Shown: piece after piece, positions 9,860 through 19,144 of the stretch
How positions within the stretch are numbered: the first letter of the stretch is position 1
Layout: every line of letters begins with the position of its first letter
NCBI GenBank assembly: GCA_965279375.1
Contig: OZ257156.1
Location: forward strand, 1,792,001 to 1,856,000
DNA length: 64,000 nucleotides
Direction: 5' to 3'
From: Gemmatimonas sp.
GTDB taxonomy: Bacteria; Gemmatimonadota; Gemmatimonadetes; Gemmatimonadales; Gemmatimonadaceae
The notes under the pieces: generated by a model
Database searches by the model: none
Seen by the model: the letters and a program-made list of their open reading frames with translations, nothing else
What the model was told of the DNA's origin: nothing
Program-made: the position numbers and the translations under genes

Positions 9860-12082
9860 TCACACCGGGAACAGCATCTCGCGGTAACGCGGCAGCGGCC
9901 AGAACTCATCTCCGATGGTGACTTCAAGCGCGTCGCACTCTGCGCGCACTTCGCCCATCGTATCGCAGCCGACGCTCGTCAGGTACGTGGCCTGCGCGTC
10001 CGCGTCGTCGTGCATGTGCTCGGCCTTGGCGATCACCTTCGCCAGCTCTGCACGCTTCTTCTGCAACGACGCCAGCATCTTGCTCGTGCCGTTCGCTGCA
10101 TCGACCAGCGGCTGCACGTTGATGCCCGCGACCGAGCCCTGACCCGCGGCCGACGCGATCTGGCCGACGTACGCGTACGCGGCCGGCAGCACCTGCGTGT
10201 CCACGATCTCCTGCAGCGTGTGCAGTTCGATCAGGATGTCCTTGATGTAGCGCTCCAGGCGCACATGGTAGCGGCTCTCGAGCTCCGTCGCCGTCAGGAT
10301 CCCGGTGGACTTGAACAACGCCTTCGCGCTGTCGGTCTTGAGCTGTGCCAGCGCTTCCGGCGTCCGACGCAGGTTGAGCAGACCACGCTTCTTGGCCTCG
10401 ACCACCCATTCGTCCGAGTAGTTGTTGCCTTCGAAGCGCACGGCCGCCGTCTCCTTGAACGACGCACGCACGACCTTGAGCACCGCATCGTCCGTGCTCT
10501 TGGTGCCCTTGAGCTCCTTACGGAGGCTGTCGGTGAGCTCGGAAATCGCTTCGGCGACCGCAGCCTGCAGCAGCATGACGGGGAACGCGATGCTCTGCGA
10601 ACCGCCCACAGCGCGGAACTCGAACTTGGCACCCGTGAACGCGAACGGCGACGTGCGGTTACGGTCGGTGTTGTCCTGCTCGACTTCCGGCAGCTTGGCC
10701 ACGCCCAGCTTGAGCATCGCCTGCTCCGCATTGGTCGGCGACGTCTTGCCCGCCGCGATGTCTTCCACCACCTGCGTCAGCATGCTGCCCACGAACGCCG
10801 AGATGATCGCCGGCGGTGCTTCGTTGGCGCCCAAGCGGTGTTCGTTGCCGCTCGTGGCGATACCGGCGCGCAGGAGACCGGCGTGCTTGTGCACACCCTT
10901 GAGCACCGCCGCCAGGAAAATGAGGAAGCGAAGGTTCTGGTGTGGCGTCTTGCCCGGCTTGAGCAGGTTCGTGCCATCCAGCTCGTTGTCCGCCGTGATG
11001 GCCATCGACCAGTTGCAATGCTTGCCCGATCCATTCACGCCGGCAAACGGCTTCTCATGCACGATCGCCTGCAGGCCGTGACGCATCGCGATCTTCCGCA
11101 GGATGGCCATCACCAGCTGGTTGTGATCGGTGGCGATATCGGTGTCTTCAAAGATCGGCGCCATTTCGAACTGGCAGGGCGCCACTTCGTTATGGCGCGT
11201 GACGATCGGCACGCCGAGCTTGTAGAGCTCGAGCTCGACTTCCGTGATGCACGCCTGTACGCGCTCGGGAATGCCACCGAAGTAGTGGTCTTCGAGCTGC
11301 TGGCCGCGTGGAGGCGGCGCGCCAACGAGCGCGCGATTGGCCATCACCAGGTCGGGGCGCAGCGCAAAGTGCGCGCGGTCGATCAGGAAGAACTCCTGCT
11401 CGGCGCCGAGTGTCGTCGTCACGCGCAGTACGCCCTTGTCGCCGATCAGCTCGAGGAGCTCCTGCGCGCGATGCGACAGCACGTCGGAGCTGCGCAGCAA
11501 CGGCGTCACTTCGTCGAGCGCTTCACCGTTGTAGCCGATGAACACCGACGGAATGCAGAGATACTTGGTGCCGCCCGTCTCGCTGATGAACACGGGAGAC
11601 GCCGGGTTCCACGCCGTGTAGCCGCGCGCTTCCCACGTCGCGCGCAGGCCGCCCGACGGAAAGCTGGAGGCGTCCGGCTCGGACTGGATGAGCTGCTCGC
11701 CCGTGAACGACTCGATCGCCTGCTTGCCCTCGTCGAAATTCAGGAAGGCATCATGCTTCTCGGCCGTCAGTCCGGTCTGGGGCTGGAACCAGTGCGTGAA
11801 GTGCGACACGCCACGCGACATCGCCCACTCCTTGATCACCTGCGCGACGGTCGGCGCGATGTCGGAGTCGAGCTTTTTGCCGAGACGAATGGTGGCGGCG
11901 AGCTTTTGGTACACCGACTTCGGCAGCTTCGCGCGCATCTGGCGCAGGCTCAGCGTGTTGCAGCCGTACCAGGCGCTCGTGGGCTGCTGCACGCCATTCT
12001 CTTCCGGGCGATGCGTGGTGCGCACGGGGCGCTTGGTGACTTCGCGCAAAGCGACAGAGCGCGGATTGATCGGTGTGGCCAT
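9860..12082 (-). CDS. glnN: Glutamine synthetase type III
   Basis: HFTHWFQPQTGLTAEKHDAF, EPDASSFPSGGLRAT, HEKPFAGVNGSGKH, RLGANEAPPAI, DRNRTSPFAFTG; start at MATPINP with GGAG upstream. Confidence 0.95.
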   Translation of the reverse strand: MATPINPRSVALREVTKRPVRTTHRPEENGVQQPTSAWYGCNTLSLRQMRAKLPKSVYQKLAATIRLGKKLDSDIAPTVAQVIKEWAMSRGVSHFTHWFQPQTGLTAEKHDAFLNFDEGKQAIESFTGEQLIQSEPDASSFPSGGLRATWEARGYTAWNPASPVFISETGGTKYLCIPSVFIGYNGEALDEVTPLLRSSDVLSHRAQELLELIGDKGVLRVTTTLGAEQEFFLIDRAHFALRPDLVMANRALVGAPPPRGQQLEDHYFGGIPERVQACITEVELELYKLGVPIVTRHNEVAPCQFEMAPIFEDTDIATDHNQLVMAILRKIAMRHGLQAIVHEKPFAGVNGSGKHCNWSMAITADNELDGTNLLKPGKTPHQNLRFLIFLAAVLKGVHKHAGLLRAGIATSGNEHRLGANEAPPAIISAFVGSMLTQVVEDIAAGKTSPTNAEQAMLKLGVAKLPEVEQDNTDRNRTSPFAFTGAKFEFRAVGGSQSIAFPVMLLQAAVAEAISELTDSLRKELKGTKSTDDAVLKVVRASFKETAAVRFEGNNYSDEWVVEAKKRGLLNLRRTPEALAQLKTDSAKALFKSTGILTATELESRYHVRLERYIKDILIELHTLQEIVDTQVLPAAYAYVGQIASAAGQGSVAGINVQPLVDAANGTSKMLASLQKKRAELAKVIAKAEHMHDDADAQATYLTSVGCDTMGEVRAECDALEVTIGDEFWPLPRYREMLFPV

Positions 12083-12187
12083 GAGCCGGGAGGTCTCCGA
12101 AAGTTGTATACGTCGAACGAATAGGCAGGGCGATACGTCGTGCGGACGATTGGGTTGCGCTGGTGTTGTATGCGGCGTGCGCAAGTC

Positions 12188-12202
12188 GCAGAAAAATGGC
12201 CA
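12188..12202 (-). promoter_or_regulatory. Possible sigma54 promoter of glnN
   Basis: TGGCCATTTTTCTGC (GG-N10-GC) in an AT-richer intergenic region about 105 nt upstream of the start. Confidence 0.3.
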
Positions 12203-12349
12203 CTTTTTACCCAAATTCCAAGCGATCCGTGCGAACTGTTCAGCGAAACGTGCAGTTCGGGCACGCTCTGTCACATGGGCGGTCGCTGGATGCCAAACTA
12301 CCGATCAAACACCAAACACAATTGGGACGGACAGTCAGCAACGGCCTTC

Positions 12350-12958
12350 TCAGCGAATCTTCTGCACCGGCATCGGCTGCGGACTGGTGAAAATCGCGGG
12401 ATTGCTCGCCGGGTCGCTCGGCGGCTGAGGCGCGCCAGCCGTGATCGCGCGACGGACCCGTTCACGCTGCAGCTCGTCCGTGCTGAACAGCGCGATTACG
12501 AGATTCGCCGACCGAAACACCTCTGGGGGCGTTGGCCATGGCGTGACCGTGTCGCCGGGCGGCGCCAGTCGGATCGTGTCCAGCGACTTCCACTGCGTCG
12601 CGAGCGCGAGCGTGTCGTAATAGTAGAAAGCCAACAACGACGCGTACCGCCCCACCTGATAGCGCACGCCCTTGGGCGTCAGGTACTTCACCGTCACCGT
12701 GTCCTTGGCCGGCTTGAAGAAGAGCCCGGCGTGCACGATGCGGTCGACGAGGGCGCACTCCTTCCAGAGCCCATCCCGCGGGCAGAGCGAATCACCCGGC
12801 GCCGGAGCGCGCCTGACCACTGCCGGCGGTGGGGTGGCGGGCGGCGGGGCCGGCTTGTCGCCGCAGGCGGCCAGCGCCGAACAGAGCAGCGTCGGGATGA
12901 GGCCGGCGGTTCGAGCGGCGCGACGCAGAGCGAATGGAGACATGGAGGCGGTCACCAC
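12350..12958 (-). CDS. Hypothetical lipoprotein
   Basis: Lipobox LAAC followed by a Pro-rich linker; start may be slightly downstream. Confidence 0.6.
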   Translation of the reverse strand: MVTASMSPFALRRAARTAGLIPTLLCSALAACGDKPAPPPATPPPAVVRRAPAPGDSLCPRDGLWKECALVDRIVHAGLFFKPAKDTVTVKYLTPKGVRYQVGRYASLLAFYYYDTLALATQWKSLDTIRLAPPGDTVTPWPTPPEVFRSANLVIALFSTDELQRERVRRAITAGAPQPPSDPASNPAIFTSPQPMPVQKIR

Positions 12959-12998
12959 GAGACTCTACGTCACTGCCCGGGAATCCGCGATGGTCGGC

Positions 12999-14246
12999 CT
13001 ACCGACGTCCCGCCAACGCCGGACGGGAAGCCGGAGCCGGCGTCGCCTCGGCCACCGCACCCAGCGTCTCGCCGGTCCAGGTGATCGCGTCGGTATAGAA
13101 CTCGCCCAGCCGGGTCGGGTCCACGCCCATGTCCCGCGCCAGCTCCGCCGCATACTCGAACATCCCCATCTCATACGACTCGGCGAACGTCAGCGCGTCG
13201 GCGTACGCCCCCGAACGGTCGAGCAGCGCTTCGGTGGCGTCGTCGCTGAGCGCCACCCGCGCGACGATGTCGGGGAGCGGCATGCGGAACACGGCGTCAA
13301 GCAGCGAGAACAGGCCGATCAGGAACAACGTCCCGGATTCGCGACCACCGCCCGAGAGCCGCTCCATCAGGCGACCACGCTCCACCGCTTGCCGCACCAG
13401 CTCCGCGTCTACGCCGCTCTTGGACTTGCGCGACGCAGCCACCGCGACGGCCAGCCAGCGCATGAACGCGTTGCGGCCAATCACCCGCAGCGCCTGTCCG
13501 ATCGAGCTCACCCCGCGCAATCCCACCGACGCCGAATTGACCAGGCGCAGCAGCTGGAACATGAGCACCGGATCGGCGGAGATGACGTCCTCGAGCTGGC
13601 GATCGTTCACGTTCGCATCCCGGGCGAGTCCCATGAGACGCATCGCCGAGACGGTGGACTGCGGAAATTCGGTGGTGGGCAGCGGCTCCGGGCGGCTGAA
13701 GAACTCACCCTGAAACGCCTCCACCGCCAAGTCGAGCGCGAGATCGTACAGCGCCTTGTCGGCGATGTGGTCGGCCATGAGTTTGGGCATCGCACCCCCG
13801 GCCGTCGCCGCTTCGATGCGCGCACGCGCGACTTCCATCGTGTCCAGTTCGGCGCCGCGCATGTCGAAGCGCACCCAAGTGGCCAATGGCACCAGCGCTT
13901 CGGTGGGCGACGGCTCCGCGGTGATGCCACCCAACGCGATCGCGCCCTTCTTTTCGCGGAAACGGAGCACCGCCGCCACGACGTCGGCGTCGATCGTGAG
14001 GTCCCGCGGCAGCAGCAGGATCGTCGAGGTCGGATCGGCGACCTGAAAGGCGTCATCGATCAGCTGCTGGCGCGTGCAGCTGACGAACGCCGGGAACTTG
14101 CCGCGCACCACATCGAACGTGCCGCTCAGGTAGCTCTCGGCGAACGCATCCTGGCCGTCCTCCGCATCGCGGAAGCGGATATCGTAGCCAAGCAGGGTGC
14201 CGGAGGTACCAAACAGCGGTTGACGAACGACGCAGTAGTCGGACAT
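12999..14246 (-). CDS. EAL-HDOD (YuxH/PdeH-like) protein with degenerate EAL domain
   Basis: VVRQPLF, FQGEFFSRP and HDOD motifs (ADPVLMFQLLRLVNSA, FLIGLFSLLDA); catalytic EAL residues replaced. Confidence 0.8.
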   Translation of the reverse strand: MSDYCVVRQPLFGTSGTLLGYDIRFRDAEDGQDAFAESYLSGTFDVVRGKFPAFVSCTRQQLIDDAFQVADPTSTILLLPRDLTIDADVVAAVLRFREKKGAIALGGITAEPSPTEALVPLATWVRFDMRGAELDTMEVARARIEAATAGGAMPKLMADHIADKALYDLALDLAVEAFQGEFFSRPEPLPTTEFPQSTVSAMRLMGLARDANVNDRQLEDVISADPVLMFQLLRLVNSASVGLRGVSSIGQALRVIGRNAFMRWLAVAVAASRKSKSGVDAELVRQAVERGRLMERLSGGGRESGTLFLIGLFSLLDAVFRMPLPDIVARVALSDDATEALLDRSGAYADALTFAESYEMGMFEYAAELARDMGVDPTRLGEFYTDAITWTGETLGAVAEATPAPASRPALAGRR

Positions 14247-14379
14247 GGCCAGGATGAAGGCGACGAAACGATGATCGCTGAGCGATTGGGGGTGGCGCAG
14301 ACGCGGCCTTGGTGGCGAGTGTTCGACGACTGAGCGCCCATTCCGGGCACGCATCGATTTTCTCCCCTCACGCCCCGAC

Positions 14380-14856
14380 ATGAGTCTCGCCACGCTCGAT
14401 GGTACGCTCCATCGCGGCTGCGGTGGCCGCTACGCCCTGCAGAACGAAACGGTCACCCTGCGCATCAGCGGCATGGCCGCCGAAGTCTCGCGCGAGTTCT
14501 TCCGCTGCGAGAAGTGCGGACATGACAACCGGACCATCGATCAGCGGGACGTCTCCGAAAAGGCGGCCATCGACCAGATTCGCGCCCAACACGACCTGCT
14601 CGCGCCACGCGCCATCCGCCAGCTGCGCGAGTCGTTGGGGCTGACAGTCGCGCAGTTCGCGGAGCTTTGCTACGGCACCCCCAAGGGGATCGTGGAAGGG
14701 TGGGAGAAGGGGAAGTATCTGCAGAACCGCGAAGCCGACGCACTCGTGCGCAGTCTGGCCGATCGTGAAACTCTCGAGCGTCGCGCTGCGAAAGCTGGAG
14801 TGACTCTGCCAGTGCTGGAGTCCGCCCCCGCCACCGCATCCGTCACCCCGGAGTAG
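14380..14856 (+). CDS. MqsA-like zinc-ribbon plus XRE-HTH protein (orphan antitoxin-like regulator)
   Basis: HxxC...CxxC N-domain; LLAPRAIRQLRESLGLTVAQFAEL...WEKG HTH as in MqsA/YgiT. Confidence 0.75.
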   Translation: MSLATLDGTLHRGCGGRYALQNETVTLRISGMAAEVSREFFRCEKCGHDNRTIDQRDVSEKAAIDQIRAQHDLLAPRAIRQLRESLGLTVAQFAELCYGTPKGIVEGWEKGKYLQNREADALVRSLADRETLERRAAKAGVTLPVLESAPATASVTPE

Positions 14857-14858
14857 TC

Positions 14859-15782
14859 ATCGCCATCATCGAGACCGCATCGCTCACCCGCCGCTACGGC
14901 TCCGTCGTCGCGCTCGATGCGATGACGGTCTCGATCGAGCCGGGGATCACCGGCCTCGTGGGAGCCAACGGCGCAGGCAAGAGCACGCTGGTCAAGATCC
15001 TCCTCGGCTTGGTCGAGCCGACCAGTGGCTCGGCCACGCTGCTCACGCATGACGTGGTGCGCGACCGCAGCGTCATTCGCGCGCTGGTGGGCTACATGCC
15101 CGAGCACGACTGCCTGCCGCCGGACATGAGCGCAACCGAGTTCGTCACGTGGCTCGCGCGCTGTTCGGGATTGCCGCAGGGAGCCTCGCGGGAACGCGCC
15201 GCGGAAGTGCTGCGACATGTGGGGCTGTTTGAAGAGCGCTATCGCCCGATGGGCGGCTACTCCACCGGCATGGCGCAACGCGTCAAGCTCGCGCAAGCGC
15301 TCGTGCACGACCCGCGGCTGCTCATTCTCGACGAACCGACCAACGGCCTCGATCCCGCCGGTCGCGACGAAATGCTCGCGCTCATTCAGCGCACCGGCAC
15401 TGAATTCGGCATGTCCGTACTCGTCTCCTCGCACCTGCTCGGCGAACTCGAACGCATTTGCGATGGCGTCGTGCTGGTGGATAACGGACGACTCGTGCGC
15501 GCCGATCGACTCGGCGCGATCACCGGCGAGACAGGAACGCTCGTCGTCGAGATCGACGGCGATGCAGACACCTTTGCCGCGCGCCTGCGTGAGCGCGGGT
15601 TGGTCGCGAGGCCCGAGCGCCAGCGTGTGCTGGTGCAACTCGTCGCCGTCGAAGCTGGTGCTGATTCCGACTCGGCGATGCATGCCGTGTACGACGCCGT
15701 CCGTGATGCGGCGGTGGCAGAGTCGGCCGGTCTCCTGCGACTCGAACGTCGGCGCGGGCATCTCGAGGATTTGTTCAAGTGA
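14859..15782 (+). CDS. ABC transporter ATP-binding protein (probable ATC start; first in-frame ATG is 14922)
   Basis: Walker A GANGAGKST, YSTGMAQR, LDEPT; the conserved N-terminus IETASLTRRYG lies upstream of ATG 14922. Confidence 0.9.
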   Translation: MAIIETASLTRRYGSVVALDAMTVSIEPGITGLVGANGAGKSTLVKILLGLVEPTSGSATLLTHDVVRDRSVIRALVGYMPEHDCLPPDMSATEFVTWLARCSGLPQGASRERAAEVLRHVGLFEERYRPMGGYSTGMAQRVKLAQALVHDPRLLILDEPTNGLDPAGRDEMLALIQRTGTEFGMSVLVSSHLLGELERICDGVVLVDNGRLVRADRLGAITGETGTLVVEIDGDADTFAARLRERGLVARPERQRVLVQLVAVEAGADSDSAMHAVYDAVRDAAVAESAGLLRLERRRGHLEDLFK

Positions 15783-16654
15783 GCGTCCCGGGCGAAGTCA
15801 CGCAGCTCCACGACCTCGGCTACCGGCGCTACGACGGCACGCGTATTGGCGCGGCAGGTGCGTGGCGCGCGCTGTACGTGCAGGGGCTGCGCGCGATGTT
15901 CGGGCTCGGACGTACGGCCAAGGCGAAGATCCTTCCCGTGTTCGTGCTCGCCGCAACGATGCTTCCCGCGCTCGGCTCCCTCGTTGCATCGTCGGCGTCG
16001 TCGGGACAGATCCCCGTGCGCTACGGCATCCTGATTCAGGCACAACTCATTCTCTTCGTGCTGTTCATCGCCGCGCAGGCGCCGGAACTCGTCAGTCGCG
16101 ATCAACAGCATCGCGTGCTACCGCTGATTCTCACGCGGGAGGTCACGCGCACCTCCTACGCGACGGCGCGACTGGCCGCGATGGCGACGGCATTGTTTGC
16201 TGTGGCGATGGCGCCGTTGCTGTTGCTCTACATCGGCGAGATCGGTGTCGCGAAAGATCCCGGTGAGGCGTTCGGGCGCATGGGTACGCGCATCTTCACG
16301 TTGCTGCTGCAGGCGGGTGTCACCTCGGTCGTGCTGAGCGGCATCGGTGCGGGGTTGGCGTCGTGGACATCGCGTCGCGCGTACGCCACCGCGGCCATCA
16401 TCGGCTCGTTCCTCGTGGCAGCCGGTATTGCGACAGGTCTCGATGATCTTGCCGGCGTGTCGCCGCGGGTGGCGGAACTGCTCGACCCCGTGCGCGGTCT
16501 CCGCACCATGGCCTTCCTGCTGCTCGACGAAAAGACGCGCGGCATGGAGCTCGATCCACCGTCGCCGTGGTGGGTGTATGCGTCAACGTTGCTCGCCTTG
16601 GGAGCCGCCGGCGCAGCGCTGTTGCAGTGGCGATTGAAGAGGCTGGTGCCATGA
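15779..16654 (+). CDS. ABC-2 type transporter permease
   Basis: About 6 TM segments, IHDLGYRRY-like N-terminus; GTGA overlap with the ATPase gene. Confidence 0.8.
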   Translation: MSVPGEVTQLHDLGYRRYDGTRIGAAGAWRALYVQGLRAMFGLGRTAKAKILPVFVLAATMLPALGSLVASSASSGQIPVRYGILIQAQLILFVLFIAAQAPELVSRDQQHRVLPLILTREVTRTSYATARLAAMATALFAVAMAPLLLLYIGEIGVAKDPGEAFGRMGTRIFTLLLQAGVTSVVLSGIGAGLASWTSRRAYATAAIIGSFLVAAGIATGLDDLAGVSPRVAELLDPVRGLRTMAFLLLDEKTRGMELDPPSPWWVYASTLLALGAAGAALLQWRLKRLVP

Positions 16655-17586
16655 GCCTCGACAGAGAGAGCGAAGCGGTCGCGCTCGAGTTCGATCACGT
16701 GTCGCACTGGTACGGGGACGTCGTGGCGGTCAACGACATCTCGTGCCCCGTGGGCGCGGGGATCACCGGATTGCTCGGCCCCAACGGAGCAGGGAAAAGC
16801 ACGCTCTTGCAGTTGGCTGCGGGGTTGCTGGTGCCATCCAATGGCAGCGTGAATGTGTATGGGCAGTCGCCGACGCGCGGTCCGGAGGTCTATCGGCGAG
16901 TGGCGTTGGTGCCCGAACGCGAGGCGTTGCCGGGCATGATGACTGCGCGTGCGTTCGTGGAAGCGCGCGCCACGCTGCTCGGCGTGCGCGACATCAAGAG
17001 CGCCGTCGATCGTGCGTTGACGCTCGTGGAGCTGGACACCGTTGCCGATCGCCGTGTGGGCGGATTCAGCAAAGGCATGCGCCAACGCGCGAAGTTGGCG
17101 GCGGCGCTGGTGCACGAGCCTACGCTGGTGCTCCTCGATGAACCGTTCAACGGACTCGATCCGCGCCAGCGCGTGCACATGATGCGCCTGCTCGAAGCGC
17201 GCGCCGATGCCGGCACCGCCGTGCTGCTCAGCTCTCACATCCTCGAGGAGATCGAGGGCGTGGCGTCGCGCATTCTCGTGATGCTCGCTGGGCGGCTCGC
17301 AGCGAGTGGCGACTATCGCACGCTCCGTCGCCTCATGACCGATCAGCCACATACTGTGCGCGTGCGTTCGAGCGACGACCGCGCGCTGGCCGCGCTGCTG
17401 ATGGCCGCCCCGAGCGTGATCGGCATTGAGCTCACAAGCAGCGGACTGCTCGTGCGCGCCACCGACTATGCGGCGTTCGCGCGCGTGGTTGCGCCGGCCG
17501 CGCAGCGCGGCGGCATGACGCTGTTTGAAGTGGAAGCCACCGACGAATCGCTCGAGCATGTCTTTGCATACCTGGTGGCCCGATGA
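16651..17586 (+). CDS. ABC transporter ATP-binding protein
   Basis: GPNGAGKST, FSKGMRQR, LDEPFNGLDP; ATGA overlap. Confidence 0.9.
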   Translation: MSLDRESEAVALEFDHVSHWYGDVVAVNDISCPVGAGITGLLGPNGAGKSTLLQLAAGLLVPSNGSVNVYGQSPTRGPEVYRRVALVPEREALPGMMTARAFVEARATLLGVRDIKSAVDRALTLVELDTVADRRVGGFSKGMRQRAKLAAALVHEPTLVLLDEPFNGLDPRQRVHMMRLLEARADAGTAVLLSSHILEEIEGVASRILVMLAGRLAASGDYRTLRRLMTDQPHTVRVRSSDDRALAALLMAAPSVIGIELTSSGLLVRATDYAAFARVVAPAAQRGGMTLFEVEATDESLEHVFAYLVAR

Positions 17587-18401
17587 CCGGCACACCGCTG
17601 ATTGCGACAACCGGCTCCGCGAGTGACGCCGTACGACTTGGTCGCGTGTCGTGGTGGCGTTCGGCACTCGTGCTGATGCGGCTGTCATGGGTGCGCACGA
17701 TCACGCCGGTGCTGTTGCTCTCGATGGCAGGCCTGGTTCTGCTGCCAATGCTGTTCTCGCTGGTGTTTGCCTCGCGCGGCGCGTTGTCGGGAGATGTCGT
17801 CCCGTTCCTCGTGCAGCGCTACGATCAGTTGGTGTGTGCGCTGGCTACGCCAATCATTGCGCTGTTGCTGGGAACGAGCGCGTTCGGCGCGGAGGCCGAA
17901 GACGGTACGCTGCTCTATCTCGTGACCACGACGACGCCGCGATGGTGGATCGTGTGCGTGCGCATTCTCTTCGCGGCGCTGGGTACTGCGCTGCTCTCCG
18001 CGTTCGCCGTCTTCGGCACCGGTGTGATTGCCACCGGATTGCACGATCCAGAAGGGATTACGCGCGGATTTCTCACGGCGGCAGCGTTCGGCGGTGCCAC
18101 GTACGCGGCGCTGTTCACGCTGCTGTCGTTGGTAACGCGACGGGCACTCGTCGGTGGGCTGGTCTACGTGCTGTTCTGGGAGGGGATTCTCAGCAGCACC
18201 TTCCCGGCGATTCACTATCTCAGCGTGCGCCAGTGGATGCTGGCCGTCGCGAGCAACTACACCACGTCCACTGAGGCGGTGCTGCAGCACGGACCGTCGC
18301 TCGCAGCGTCCGTGATCAGCGCTGCGCTGCTGCTGCTGGCCGCGATCATCTTCGGCGCGCGCTCACTGCGTCGGCCGCGACTCTCGCGCATCGGAACCTG
18401 A
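17583..18401 (+). CDS. ABC-2 type transporter permease
   Basis: Multi-TM with EAEDGTLLYL motif; ATGA overlap. Confidence 0.8.
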   Translation: MTGTPLIATTGSASDAVRLGRVSWWRSALVLMRLSWVRTITPVLLLSMAGLVLLPMLFSLVFASRGALSGDVVPFLVQRYDQLVCALATPIIALLLGTSAFGAEAEDGTLLYLVTTTTPRWWIVCVRILFAALGTALLSAFAVFGTGVIATGLHDPEGITRGFLTAAAFGGATYAALFTLLSLVTRRALVGGLVYVLFWEGILSSTFPAIHYLSVRQWMLAVASNYTTSTEAVLQHGPSLAASVISAALLLLAAIIFGARSLRRPRLSRIGT

Positions 18402-18414
18402 TGCGTCGAGAAGC

Positions 18415-18459
18415 CGACTCGCGCTGAATCGTGTCGCGCTGAATCGAGTCTCGCTGAAG
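18415..18459. repeat. 3 x 15-bp imperfect tandem repeat
   Basis: cgactcgcgctgaat / cgtgtcgcgctgaat / cgagtctcgctgaag between convergent genes. Confidence 0.7.
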
Positions 18460-18466
18460 CCCGACG

Positions 18467-19114
18467 TTATGCGCGCGCGTCGCGACCGTGCATGGCGGCG
18501 CGCAGCTCGAGGTCGGGCAATGCGTTGCGCAGGACGGCGTTGATCTGTTCGAGTCGTTTGGATGGCGCGCGTTCCGCGAGCAGCCGCTGGCGCGCCTCGA
18601 GGTCCACGTCGATCATCGATGCGATGGTCCACGCCAACTGCGCGGGATCGTCGGGCAGCGTGGGGAGCGCCGCGCCGGCGTCGTCATTGAGCGTCTGCAC
18701 GGCGCGCACCACGCGACGGAAGTGCGTGGTGACATCGTCGGCGAGAACGGCCACCATCACCGGCGACGTATCGGAGGTGTCGGGCAGCAGCGAGACCTCC
18801 GACATGAGATACGGCGCGTCGTCGTCGACGATACGCTCGAGCGCAAATCGTTCACGCCCCACCACGACGATGTTGGAGCGACCATCCGGCATCATCTCGA
18901 TGTCGGTGATCTCGGCGACGCAGCCCACGCGCCCGGCGGGAAGCTGCGTCTCTGGCACGCCGGCCATCGCGCAGATGATGCCGAACCGCTTGTCCGTGCC
19001 CCGCACATCCTCGAGCAGCTGCCGATAGCGCGGCTCGAAGAGGTGCAGCGGCACGGGTACACCCGGAAACAGAACCAATCCGAGTGGGAAGAGCGGGAGG
19101 CGCGCGGAGGTCAT
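18467..19114 (-). CDS. Stand-alone Lon protease substrate-binding (N-terminal) domain protein
   Basis: LPLFPLGLVLFPGVPVPLHLFEPRYRQL, DGRSNIVVVGRERF, RQRLL. Confidence 0.9.
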   Translation of the reverse strand: MTSARLPLFPLGLVLFPGVPVPLHLFEPRYRQLLEDVRGTDKRFGIICAMAGVPETQLPAGRVGCVAEITDIEMMPDGRSNIVVVGRERFALERIVDDDAPYLMSEVSLLPDTSDTSPVMVAVLADDVTTHFRRVVRAVQTLNDDAGAALPTLPDDPAQLAWTIASMIDVDLEARQRLLAERAPSKRLEQINAVLRNALPDLELRAAMHGRDARA

Positions 19115-19144
19115 CGAGACCGCAACCGGTAAGCGCCTCGGAGG

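Noticed and set aside
12083..12340. Glutamine riboswitch or N-terminal extension of GSIII to 12274
   Set aside because: No recognisable glnA-motif junction by eye; the extension is non-homologous and an RBS supports the start at 12082. An Infernal/Rfam scan would be decisive.
14247..14379. Hidden MqsR-type toxin upstream of the MqsA-like gene
   Set aside because: Only 133 bp; the longest candidate is about 20 aa (MIAERLGVAQTRPWWRVFDD) with no toxin resemblance.
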